From contig OX442314.1 in NCBI GenBank assembly GCA_949358305.1, positions 5,642,001 to 5,706,000 on the forward strand: a DNA stretch of 64,000 nt, read 5' to 3'. The position numbers and the translations under genes were made by a program. Source of the stretch: Strigamia acuminata. Taxonomy: Eukaryota. Position 1 is the stretch's first letter, and each line of letters opens with the position of its first letter. The notes beneath the pieces are model-generated. The model saw nothing but the letters and a program-made list of their open reading frames with translations. It had not been told where the DNA came from and did not search any database. Below are positions 48,102 to 58,155 of this stretch, piece by piece.

Positions 48102-50018
48102 ATGGCTTCACGCGACGCTTTGTCGCAATCCAGTGTTTCGGACGTAGAAGCCGAACAAGCGCATACTTTGCCACTTCCAGACTCACCAACACATGAGCCG
48201 GACCAACAGCAGGATCTACTAGTACAACCAATCTCTACTGATGTACCATTTTCCAATCCTTGGAGGACATACGCTCAAATGGAAGCGGATCAACTCCAAC
48301 ATGAACGGGAAGCGGCTGCAGCACGGGATCAATGGGAGGAAAATAGACGCCATTTGCAGGACTCACTCATGGAGAGAAGACAAATAGTGGACGGGATGCG
48401 AGCGGTTCGAGAAGATATTCAACGAGGACCGCCGCCTCCTTACCAACCTGCGTTTATGCAACCGGAACCACAACAACATCGAAGGAATCCACCTGCACTG
48501 ACGATGGAAGCATTGATGAGAGTGTTACGAGAGGATAGAAGGGAGTTACAGCACGAACTTCGCCAGGAGTTGCTCGAGTCGATGAGGCAAATTAGGCGCG
48601 AGCTGAACGACAGAGTGGAGGAATTTATCCATTCGCACAACGAGCGAACTCAGCCTGAACCACCAGCACCAGAAGCAGGTTCAGGGGCCACACGTCGTGG
48701 TCGAGAGGGCGCTCGGGGAGCCGACTTTTCTTTTGGAGATACTGGACGTGCATCGGGACCACGACGCACTGGCTCTTATTCTCCGAGACGACGCCAACAA
48801 CATTCACAACAGGGAGACACGACTTCCAATGTTCCACGGGACCCACCACCGAATCCTGACCCGGATTCCGCTCAAGGAGGTAGTCAAGGCATACCACTCA
48901 GCGCCTCAAGACAGCTGCCTCACACGAGATCTCAACTCTCGTTGGAGTCGGAAGATCAGCGTCAAGCCGCTCAGGTTGGAAGGTATAAACTTAAAGTTGA
49001 AAAAATTCCATACTTTGATCCGGATGAGGCTACTTTCGACACAGTGGACCTGTTCCTGGGTAAGCTATATGCGCACATGTTTACCATGGGAGCACCGGAG
49101 GGAATATATTTGAAAGTATACGTGGTTCTCGCGCTCCGAAATAGAGCGCAACGTTGGTGGATGGCTCTAACTCCAAAACCTAACAATTGGGAGGACTTTG
49201 AATTAATTTTCAGGCAGGTATTTTCCATCAATTCAGCTTTAGCTAATGTTAAGTTGTCTCAGCGCAAACAAAAGCCAGGGGAATCAACTATGTCGTTCCT
49301 CAGCGAGATGATTCATTATTTAAATATTGCTGGATACAAGGACAAGGGCTTGCAGTGGGAACGAGTTCAGGGCATGATGCAAACTCAAGTCGTACAATTA
49401 ATGCGCTCTTGGTGCATCAGGACGATCGACGACGCAGTCAAAATGGGCAACGATGTCGATAATCGCCTTCAATTGGATTCGTTGCGGACTTTTGAGTACA
49501 AACAGTGCGGAGTTTCGGACCAGGAGATGCCTTTACCCGCAGGAGTGGGTCCTGCCACACGCACCAGAACAGAGGAGGAGAAGTTAAATCAACAATCTAC
49601 TTCGTCCAGGTCTGGTCGTTTTTCAAGATTCAACAAAGTATTTACAGCATTGCTCGAGGACATGTCGGCGTGCGCGCTCGATCCAGAGGATCCCAACAGC
49701 GAGGAAACCAATAAGGACCCGCCAAAGGAGTCTGCATCAGCGGCAGCACAAAAATCTGATGTCCACGCCATGACTGCGACTACTGCGCCAACACCTAGAA
49801 CGGATACACAGCACACATGTCCCAAGGACGTTGTCATTTTTCCAGCCGCTAAAGAAGCGCCTTCAGAGCCAAAGCTCCCGAAGAATGCTATGTGGAGAAA
49901 AACACCAACGGACAAATGGTTTATGTCCGACAGGCAATCATGGAGGCCTGTGTGCCCCGTTTGTGGCAAGGAATGGAGTCGTCAGTCGGGAAACGCAAGC
50001 GGCCTGCTCAAAGCATGA
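48102..50018 (+). CDS. gag: Gypsy-3 Gag, 638 aa
   Basis: Capsid-like AQRWW..WEDF..F..RKQKPGES; first ORF after the PBS. Confidence 0.88.
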   Translation: MASRDALSQSSVSDVEAEQAHTLPLPDSPTHEPDQQQDLLVQPISTDVPFSNPWRTYAQMEADQLQHEREAAAARDQWEENRRHLQDSLMERRQIVDGMRAVREDIQRGPPPPYQPAFMQPEPQQHRRNPPALTMEALMRVLREDRRELQHELRQELLESMRQIRRELNDRVEEFIHSHNERTQPEPPAPEAGSGATRRGREGARGADFSFGDTGRASGPRRTGSYSPRRRQQHSQQGDTTSNVPRDPPPNPDPDSAQGGSQGIPLSASRQLPHTRSQLSLESEDQRQAAQVGRYKLKVEKIPYFDPDEATFDTVDLFLGKLYAHMFTMGAPEGIYLKVYVVLALRNRAQRWWMALTPKPNNWEDFELIFRQVFSINSALANVKLSQRKQKPGESTMSFLSEMIHYLNIAGYKDKGLQWERVQGMMQTQVVQLMRSWCIRTIDDAVKMGNDVDNRLQLDSLRTFEYKQCGVSDQEMPLPAGVGPATRTRTEEEKLNQQSTSSRSGRFSRFNKVFTALLEDMSACALDPEDPNSEETNKDPPKESASAAAQKSDVHAMTATTAPTPRTDTQHTCPKDVVIFPAAKEAPSEPKLPKNAMWRKTPTDKWFMSDRQSWRPVCPVCGKEWSRQSGNASGLLKA

Positions 50019-53000
50019 GTCCAGAGAGCGGGTCGGATACAATCATCAAGGACTCTACTGAGAAGAAGACTGAAGAATCACCAGACGTCGATAGAAGTAC
50101 AACACCGTCTACTCCGACACCAGAGGCGCCGTCTGCTGTTCGAGAAGACAACAACAAATCATTAACCCCGTCTACGGACATTAAATTAACTACATTAATC
50201 AAAACAGATTCAAGTAAATCAAAAATAAAAATACCCGGTGTCGTAACACCACAACCAACAAAATCAGCGCAACTTTCGTCTGTGAAAGCCAAGGAAACCC
50301 CCAAAAAACCAACTTCGTTGACAACGCAGAGTGAGACGTTGCAAACAAACTTCGTTCTTTTGTCGCCCGAGGAATTGCAAAAATCCGAAGAGCCAAGAAT
50401 CGAAATTACGAAGACTGATCGCTTCAACAGAGAAGCACCATATATCAAAATAACATGGGCTAGCGTGAGTTTTGTCGCACTTTTGGATTCAGGCGCTCAG
50501 ACATGTGTAATGTCAGAGTCATTATTTAACAAACTTAAAGCCAATATGGGTTTGGAATTGCTCGAACTTCACGAAACAGTGCGTACAGCGGCCGATGACA
50601 AAATTCCAGTTAAGGGATCTGTTAAACTGTCGGTGCGCGCACCTTTGGCCGTTATTTCTTTCATTTGTTTAATTATACCCAAAACATCAGAGGACCTTCT
50701 GCTGGGAAGAGATTTCTGCAGAGCGGTTGGTCTGTGCACGGACTTTGAATTGTGCCAGTGGTATTTGAAGGGATCGCCGGAGCGAAGACAATTCATGACT
50801 TTAGAACAAGCTAACAAGTCAGAATCTGTTCTTTTATTTCCCATCAAGAAGCCCGATGATACAAAGAATAGCGCTAAGGATGTACCCAAGGTAGTAATTA
50901 ATAACATTAATTGTATTCTTCTAGAACATCGATCTTTGTCGCAAGAGATTTTCGAATATCCAAATGACGATGCTCAGCACCAAATCAAGAGGATTCGGAA
51001 TCGTACACGAGATCAGTGGTCATTTATATGGTCACCAAAGAGGAAGGATTCCATTAAAAAATCAAGAAGATTCAATTCATCATTGTTTTCGACGCTTAGC
51101 CAACGCAGACGTGCAAGACGACAGCGGAGACGCCTTTATGAATTGTCACCAACAATAAAACAACTTAACACGCAGGGAAGACAGCTTTTGCGTCGTGTGG
51201 ATGAAAATGCGCTCATGGCCAGAGTACACGATCATTCGACGATTTCGGAGCCGCCTCTGGATGTTAACGTACTACAATATCAACCAAGCAGTGATCCAAC
51301 GCAACTGGATTGGATTTACGACCAGCTGTGGTCATCATTGACGGTACCCCAAATTCGTTTATTAATTCAGACTCTTCGACCAATTTCGAAAGTATTTCGT
51401 GAGGAGGTCGGATTATGTAACAACACTCAGTTTGAAGTAAATTTAAAACCGGACTTTAGACCAATTCATGTGCCTGTAAGACCCGTTAACCCAGCAAAAA
51501 AGATGGTAATTGACGCTTATTTGGACCAAAAACTAAAACAAGGCATTATTCGTCGATCAAAAAGTGATTGTGCGGTGGCGCCTGTTGTTGTTCCAAAGAA
51601 GACTGGAGACTGGCGTACAGCCATGGATTTTAGACCGATGAATGCTCAGACTTTACCCGATGTCTACCCACTGCCCGACATCGATAATATATTTTCTTAT
51701 TTAGGAGGATCAAATTGGTTTTCGATCATAGACGGACGAGAAGCTTTCCACCAGATTGGAGTGCGTCCAGGTGACGAGAGATTTCTCGCATTTATTACGC
51801 ACAGAGGACTTTTCGAATATGTGAGAATGCCATTTGGACCCATTAATGGCCCAGCAACTCTGCAGAGAGCCATGAACAAAACTTTGTCGAAATATCTTTA
51901 CAAGTTCGTGTTCGTTTATCTCGATGACGTCATAATTTTCAGCAAGACTTTCGAGGAGCATGTACAACATCTCAAAATAATTCTTCAAGCCTTGGATGAG
52001 GCGGGATTCACGATGAACGCCAACAAGACGGAATTGTGCAGAACATCGCTCGAGGTTTTAGGACATATTGTAGAGGCTGGACACATTAAACCAAACCCAA
52101 ATAAGGTGACGGCAATTCAATATTTTCCGGCGCCTACCAACATCAAAGAATTACAAAGATTCAAAGGAATGATTGGTTATTATCAGTCATTTTTTCCAAA
52201 TTATTCAAAAACATGCGAGGTGTTTCGCCCTTTGCTCAAAAAAGATTCTGAGTGGAATTGGACGATCCAACACCAAGAAGCATTTAATTCACTCAAGAGA
52301 GGACTGGCTGAACCAACTCTACACCGAAGATTCCCAGATTGGACCAAGCCATACATACTGCAAACAGACGCCAGCTATTCAGGTTTGGGCGCTGCACTCA
52401 TGCAATTAAATGATCAAGGTGAACGAACACCAATTGCCTTTGCATCACGTGCATTGAATTCTGCTGAAAAGAATTACAGCGTTACTGAAATTGAATGCTT
52501 GGCGGCGGTTTGGGCGGTCAAAAGATTTCGTGTATATCTTGAGATGATGAATTTTTATTTAGAAAGCGATCATTTGTCGTTAAAGTGGCTTTTCCAGCAG
52601 CGAGAACCAAAAGGACGCCTGGCACGATGGGTTCTGTCCCTCAGTGAGTACAAATTTACATTTCTTTACTGCTCAGGAGCCCAGAATCGTGTTGCGGATG
52701 CCCTTAGCCGTGCGCCTGTGGAACCATCGGAACCATTGGATGCAGACGACTCGCCTCTCGTTGATGAAACATGCTACATCGCCTATTTTGACGACCCAAA
52801 TGATTGGCCAAAATTACCAATAATCAACATTATTGGAGTTGGATTGGCTGCGGCACAACAACGAAATAACGCAGCTGTGATGACAAGAGCGCAAAGACGA
52901 CAGCAGCAAATTAAACCAAAATTGGGCAGGCCAAAAGGTTCTAAAAACAAGAAGAGACCGCCACCAAATTATCAGGTATTAACTCGAGCCAGAGCGCGTC

Positions 53001-54760
53001 AACAGAAGCAAGTTTCGACGCCTCCTGGAGCTGTTGCGCCATTACCACCTTTAATACCGCCATTGCCATCACCAAATATGCCAACTGCATTGTTTCCGAC
53101 TCCTAATGTGTTGAGCCCACCTGCAGGACCATCTGGAGCTGCGCGACCGAATTATGACGGATATGGAGGTCCGGATTCGGATTCGTCGGACGATTCGACA
53201 ACTTATCAACCAGCATGGATGGGGCGTGCAGGATTTATGCCACAGCAAGTGCGTCAAGATCGATCACAATTTCAAAGAAATGCGACGAGACGCCCTGTTG
53301 CTGATGAACAACAAGACGAAGAAGAGGACGAGGCCGAGCGACTCCATGAGGCGCCGCAGGACCACCAACCATTTCGTCTGATACCAACTATTAACGAAAT
53401 AATTCGTCGACAACACGAAGACACGTGGAGCGCCGAGTTAATCGAATATCTTGATCAAGGACATTTGCCCAACGACCAAGTACAAGCAGCGCGTATCAGG
53501 CATCGTGCCGTAGATTTTGCTATGTACAAGGGAATGTTATGTCGTTATCCACCGATTGACATAAATAAAATTCGCCGTAGAAGACAAATCTATTTGCCCC
53601 TAATGTTACGCGAACAATATTTCAAGGCTCTGCATTACCCGCCGAGCTGCGGACATTTAGGAGTTGAGAAAACACTTCATCGACTCCGGGCCCGAGTTTA
53701 TTGGCCAAAAATGAAGGAGGACGTTTTGCTTTGGATTCAAAAATGTGAACCATGTCAACGAGCTAAGCCGTTAAATCGCCTTCCATATGGACCAATGATT
53801 ATGGCCAAACCACGACATTTGTTTCACACAATTTACATCGATTATTATGGTAAGAAACCCCGATCGATTGGAGGACATTGTTACGCATTAGTAATTGTGG
53901 ATGCCGCCAGTCGATGGTTGGATGTGAGATTGACCGAGACATCTGACTGGAAAACAACAATCAAACAATTGCAAGGATTTATTCAGCGATGGGCATTTCC
54001 AAAAGTTATTATAAGTGACAATGCGCCAGCTTTCCGATCAATGGAATTCCAGGCTGCATGTCAGAGTTTTGGCGCCATCAATCGCTACACGGCTGTTTAT
54101 CACCCACAGGGGAACTTAGCCGAAAGATTAAGCCAAGCATTGAAAAACTGCATTTTGGCATATATTGAAGAGCATGTGCGCTGGGACGTTCACATTGGAT
54201 ATTTTGTGCTAGCAATCAACTCAGCCTATCAAGCTTCACTTCGGTATTCTCCTTGTCAGGTGGTGACGGGACAAGAGGCGCGTTATCCAGGTGATTTCGA
54301 TTCGGACACCGACGATGGACAGCCGCTGCCGCCAGCACGAGCGCGAGAGACGCATGAATTGATGAGAGAATTGCGAAATAATGCCACTGCAAATTTACAA
54401 AAAGCTCAAATTAGACATAAACGTTGGTTCGATCGAAAAAGAAGACCACACGATTTCAAACCAGGCGATTTTGTGTCTATTAAAAATCGACAATTGTCAT
54501 CAGCGGACCGACAGTTTGCTGCAGGACTTCGACAGAGGACGGAAGGCGTTTACGTAATCCATAAATTAACTGGACCCAATACTGTCATTCTTATGGACAA
54601 GGATGGTCGTCGAATGCTGCCGTATAACGTCGTGGAATTGCGCCATTGGTTCAATAATGATGATGATTTGGACCAAACGGACGCAACAATGATCGAAAAA
54701 CATGTTGCTGCGTTTACATCGGAAATTGAAACCATTATCGCTTCATTTTCGATAAAATAA
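49988..54760 (+). CDS. pol: Gypsy-3 Pol (PR-RT-RH-IN) via -1 frameshift at G GGA AAC
   Basis: LLDSGA, YLDD, QTDAS, HHCC, IDYYG, SDNA, AERL; slippery heptamer 49988-49994 in the gag frame. Confidence 0.93.
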   Translation, partial: GKRKRPAQSMSPESGSDTIIKDSTEKKTEESPDVDRSTTPSTPTPEAPSAVREDNNKSLTPSTDIKLTTLIKTDSSKSKIKIPGVVTPQPTKSAQLSSVKAKETPKKPTSLTTQSETLQTNFVLLSPEELQKSEEPRIEITKTDRFNREAPYIKITWASVSFVALLDSGAQTCVMSESLFNKLKANMGLELLELHETVRTAADDKIPVKGSVKLSVRAPLAVISFICLIIPKTSEDLLLGRDFCRAVGLCTDFELCQWYLKGSPERRQFMTLEQANKSESVLLFPIKKPDDTKNSAKDVPKVVINNINCILLEHRSLSQEIFEYPNDDAQHQIKRIRNRTRDQWSFIWSPKRKDSIKKSRRFNSSLFSTLSQRRRARRQRRRLYELSPTIKQLNTQGRQLLRRVDENALMARVHDHSTISEPPLDVNVLQYQPSSDPTQLDWIYDQLWSSLTVPQIRLLIQTLRPISKVFREEVGLCNNTQFEVNLKPDFRPIHVPVRPVNPAKKMVIDAYLDQKLKQGIIRRSKSDCAVAPVVVPKKTGDWRTAMDFRPMNAQTLPDVYPLPDIDNIFSYLGGSNWFSIIDGREAFHQIGVRPGDERFLAFITHRGLFEYVRMPFGPINGPATLQRAMNKTLSKYLYKFVFVYLDDVIIFSKTFEEHVQHLKIILQALDEAGFTMNANKTELCRTSLEVLGHIVEAGHIKPNPNKVTAIQYFPAPTNIKELQRFKGMIGYYQSFFPNYSKTCEVFRPLLKKDSEWNWTIQHQEAFNSLKRGLAEPTLHRRFPDWTKPYILQTDASYSGLGAALMQLNDQGERTPIAFASRALNSAEKNYSVTEIECLAAVWAVKRFRVYLEMMNFYLESDHLSLKWLFQQREPKGRLARWVLSLSEYKFTFLYCSGAQNRVADALSRAPVEPSEPLDADDSPLVDETCYIAYFDDPNDWPKLPIINIIGVGLAAAQQRNNAAVMTRAQRRQQQIKPKLGRPKGSKNKKRPPPNYQVLTRARARQQKQVSTPPGAVAPLPPLIPPLPSPNMPTALFPTPNVLSPPAGPSGAARPNYDGYGGPDSDSSDDSTTYQPAWMGRAGFMPQQVRQDRSQFQRNATRRPVADEQQDEEEDEAERLHEAPQDHQPFRLIPTINEIIRRQHEDTWSAELIEYLDQGHLPNDQVQAARIRHRAVDFAMYKGMLCRYPPIDINKIRRRRQIYLPLMLREQYFKALHYPPSCGHLGVEKTLHRLRARVYWPKMKEDVLLWIQKCEPCQRAKPLNRLPYGPMIMAKPRHLFHTIYIDYYGKKPRSIGGHCYALVIVDAASRWLDVRLTETSDWKTTIKQLQGFIQRWAFPKVIISDNAPAFRSMEFQAACQSFGAINRYTAVYHPQGNLAERLSQALKNCILAYIEEHVRWDVHIGYFVLAINSAYQASLRYSPCQVVTGQEARYPGDFDSDTDDGQPLPPARARETHELMRELRNNATANLQKAQIRHKRWFDRKRRPHDFKPGDFVSIKNRQLSSADRQFAAGLRQRTEGVYVIHKLTGPNTVILMDKDGRRMLPYNVVELRHWFNNDDDLDQTDATMIEKHVAAFTSEIETIIASFSIK

Positions 54761-55290
54761 CTTAATTTCTTTTCATTTTATAATTTTATTTCTTTCTTTG
54801 CTTTGCCCAGCCTTCTTTCCTTCCTGTGTTTATAATTTTCCCTGCTTTAAACCAAATATTTACGGAGGATAGACGCTGAAAATAGTAAGTAAAGATTAGT
54901 TTAGGAATTTGAAATTCATCAATTTAAAATGATGATACAAAATTTACTAAGTCCAAACTCATGCTTCTTCGAAGTGCGTGATTAAATCTCGTTCACGCGA
55001 GAGGTCCGTGTCATATTTTATGACAAGGCGACCCCGTAGCGAGACCGCGTGTATTAAAGACATGTGAGGGCACGACTTAGCCACATTTTAATTTGCGTCT
55101 GAATAGTCGCGCCTCAAAAAACTTAACAATCACTTAAATTGGATAAATATTGTTAGAAATTGTGCGTCTATCACCCGTAAGTACTTTCTATCTCACAACA
55201 ATTCATTTTTAATTGAATATTTTCGTTAAAATAACTTTTTCTTTCTGGAAAATTTCCATTTCTTTTAGTTTCACTTTACGATAATTTATT

Positions 55291-58155
55291 ATGGCGTCCT
55301 ACGATCCAAAAGTAACAATTACGATTCCAAAACCAACGCAAAAAGGTTATCCAAAATACCTGCCGATGCCACCAATTGAAGCGTCGGGCGAAGGACTGGT
55401 GCCACGCTTTCATCCGGACCACCCAAACGACCAAAGTTTTCCAAACTATGAACTGTGCCCAGTTTGTAGCGGAACGGGATTTGAAATATACCAACTGCGG
55501 GCGCCACGAGAATGCCGAGCGTGTCGGGGCGGCGGTGACTTGCGTCGTTGCAAATTTCGGAAATGGATGCGCCTTATGTTCGCTTATGTATTGGGCTACG
55601 AGTCGATAGATAAAACTTCGTTGGCTGGAGTGGATTTTCCGCCGCCGAGGATTCCATTCGGCAGTGCAAACGCCATCGCTCGTTTTCGTCATGCACACGC
55701 GTCATATTTGGCACGCATAAAGCAATTGGCGAAGGAGAAGGGAATCCGGCCGTTAACTTGGAAATATCCAGAGGGAGCCTACATAATTGCCGGCGAGCAA
55801 CCTGCCGAGCTTCCGGACCAGTTTGTGACGCCTGAAGGAAAGACCTACGATGTGGAATCGGGTATAGAACTGTATTTGACGGCGCCTAATGTAATCGCGG
55901 ATGCGAAAAGAGCGTATTCGGAGCCGGAGAGAGTTGCGGCCGATTTGCCGTTTCAACATTCAAATCTGCGTCCGCGACATACGTACGAGGAGCGGAGCAC
56001 GCACCGTTTGAAGGAATACACGCAGAAAGTAACGAAAAGGATCGGAGCAGAGGCGAACCGGGACACTCACTTCGTGACGGGACGATCCGGACCAGCATTG
56101 GACGTCTCTTCAGTCATCATTGAGGAAAACGGAGCGGTTGGTGGAGCGCCTATTGCGTCGCCTATCATCGAATCGACTAAAGAGCTTTCGTTGGGCGATC
56201 AAGTGATTAAAAAGGTAAAGAAGAATGAAGAAAACAGAAGAGAGAGAGAAAAAATTAGTAATATCAACACGATGTCGACCCCGATTATCAAAACGGAATC
56301 GAGTGTGACGGCGGCGGAGGCGAAGTCAACCAACGTTACTACGGTGACCACTGCTGCGCCAATTGTCATTCCTTACTTTTATGTCGTGAAGAACAAATCG
56401 TCTTCGATTGAGACGTCTGAATCAAGCCAAGCTGCTCGATCTGTCGACACCACTACTGTGACCCAATCGAATGTGACGCCCAAGATGATGACTTCAGTTG
56501 CTGCGACATCAGTGCCGATTACGTACTCCAAAATTGCAACTTCAAACACACAAATGGACACAATTGCTGATTTTAATACAAAACTAATTAAAGCTGATTT
56601 TTCCCCACAGGTTGACCGAGATATTAAGGCGTTACTAAACTTTACACCGTCTTCATCCATCGCGAATATCGCTGCCGAGATTGCGAGAGATGCGGAGGAG
56701 TGCGCAAAGATCCACGACGTCAAGAAATTGGAAAACAAGATTTCTAATCCAATTGCTAAGGCCATTTCAGCGGTCTCAAACGGATCAACGTCGTCTGAGG
56801 GATGCGCGTCTCTGAAGCCACGTTATCTCCAGGGATTCGACCGAAATGGATGTACGATGCGCCCAGACCGTATTTTCACTCAGATGTCCGAAATATTCCG
56901 GCGCCACGAGCTTGAGATACTGTACCCCATGGAGAACAGGGGTCAAGGACGAATCAACCTGAGATCGGAAGGATGGAGCGAACTCTTCAAGATGTCGATT
57001 AATTTGGATTTCAACGTCAGCGCCTCGGACTTCAAGACGGTCGTCGGAACGATTTTCGGACGCCTCGGGAACATCGCGAAGGAAATTGAAGCGAAAATGA
57101 CAAAGGACTGTACCGGAGACGAACACGCGGTCCATCACCTCATTGTGCACGCCGTGCACTTTAATTTAAAAGAGATCATCACCCAAATGCATCAGAGTCG
57201 TCGTGACGCTGTCAAACGATTTCGAGAGGCCGACGCGCTCAAAGAGGCCCAGCGACTGGAGGACGAGAAAAATGCGCCCGCCAAACCACCACTGGATCCA
57301 GAATTGATCATGACGGAGGATGAAATTAAGAACTTTTCAGAGAAAATTCTCATCGAACTGGCGCCTGAGAAATTGGTGCAACAATTCGAGGATGCGATTG
57401 CTGAGAATCCAAGATTGGCGGATCCCCGAACCAAATATTCGTTCAGATACGACCCCGTAATTGTGGCGGACACAGGAGTACTCGCCTCGGAGTTATCATC
57501 GGATGTGGATTATTCGATGTCGGATGTCGAATCGCTTCGCGAGTCAACGGGCGATGAGGAAAACCACAAGGCATTTCTGGCGGCGCGGGAACACGACAAA
57601 ATTGAAGTGATTCAGGTCGACGAGCCTTTCAGACTTCCTGGAGTAGGACGAGGCGGTGCAAAGGCTGGACGTCGATCGCCGTTGATGTCGAGGATGCCAA
57701 AAATGATTTTGACACCGCCAAAGGAGAGTGACGACAATACAAGCGAGGTTGTCACGCGTGAGAGTTTACGCGAACCGGTCGAACTGAAGCCTAAGGAGAA
57801 GCGTCTCGTGGAGCCAACCTGCGCGTTAGCAATTATGGAGGAGATTATCCCGATAGATGATATTTTCTACTCATTGCCGTGGGAGCCTAAAATCGAATTG
57901 GTCGTGGATTGGAGTGTTCTGACGCGCCTTTTCGAAACGATCATCTTTTCGGACTTGCAGCTTGACCACAGCGCGGGCGAAAAGTTATTGTCCATCATTA
58001 AACAGTATTATGTTGGAGATTTCCTGTACCGAGTGAACAGAATTAGCCAAAAATGTTACGCGACTTCTAAACAACAGGTGAGAGTGATCCTCGTGAAAAC
58101 AGCGCTTAGACTGGTCTATTATGCGATGGACGGTCAGGGCGCGTCTGCATTTTAA
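55291..58155 (+). CDS. Gypsy-3 ORF3, 954-aa protein of unknown function (not Env-like)
   Basis: Long uninterrupted ORF between pol and the 3' LTR; CPVCSGTG and CRACRGGG motifs; no signal peptide or clear TM helix. Confidence 0.85.
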   Translation: MASYDPKVTITIPKPTQKGYPKYLPMPPIEASGEGLVPRFHPDHPNDQSFPNYELCPVCSGTGFEIYQLRAPRECRACRGGGDLRRCKFRKWMRLMFAYVLGYESIDKTSLAGVDFPPPRIPFGSANAIARFRHAHASYLARIKQLAKEKGIRPLTWKYPEGAYIIAGEQPAELPDQFVTPEGKTYDVESGIELYLTAPNVIADAKRAYSEPERVAADLPFQHSNLRPRHTYEERSTHRLKEYTQKVTKRIGAEANRDTHFVTGRSGPALDVSSVIIEENGAVGGAPIASPIIESTKELSLGDQVIKKVKKNEENRREREKISNINTMSTPIIKTESSVTAAEAKSTNVTTVTTAAPIVIPYFYVVKNKSSSIETSESSQAARSVDTTTVTQSNVTPKMMTSVAATSVPITYSKIATSNTQMDTIADFNTKLIKADFSPQVDRDIKALLNFTPSSSIANIAAEIARDAEECAKIHDVKKLENKISNPIAKAISAVSNGSTSSEGCASLKPRYLQGFDRNGCTMRPDRIFTQMSEIFRRHELEILYPMENRGQGRINLRSEGWSELFKMSINLDFNVSASDFKTVVGTIFGRLGNIAKEIEAKMTKDCTGDEHAVHHLIVHAVHFNLKEIITQMHQSRRDAVKRFREADALKEAQRLEDEKNAPAKPPLDPELIMTEDEIKNFSEKILIELAPEKLVQQFEDAIAENPRLADPRTKYSFRYDPVIVADTGVLASELSSDVDYSMSDVESLRESTGDEENHKAFLAAREHDKIEVIQVDEPFRLPGVGRGGAKAGRRSPLMSRMPKMILTPPKESDDNTSEVVTRESLREPVELKPKEKRLVEPTCALAIMEEIIPIDDIFYSLPWEPKIELVVDWSVLTRLFETIIFSDLQLDHSAGEKLLSIIKQYYVGDFLYRVNRISQKCYATSKQQVRVILVKTALRLVYYAMDGQGASAF

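Noticed and set aside
55291..58155. env gene of an errantivirus
   Set aside because: No N-terminal signal peptide or C-terminal TM anchor is visible
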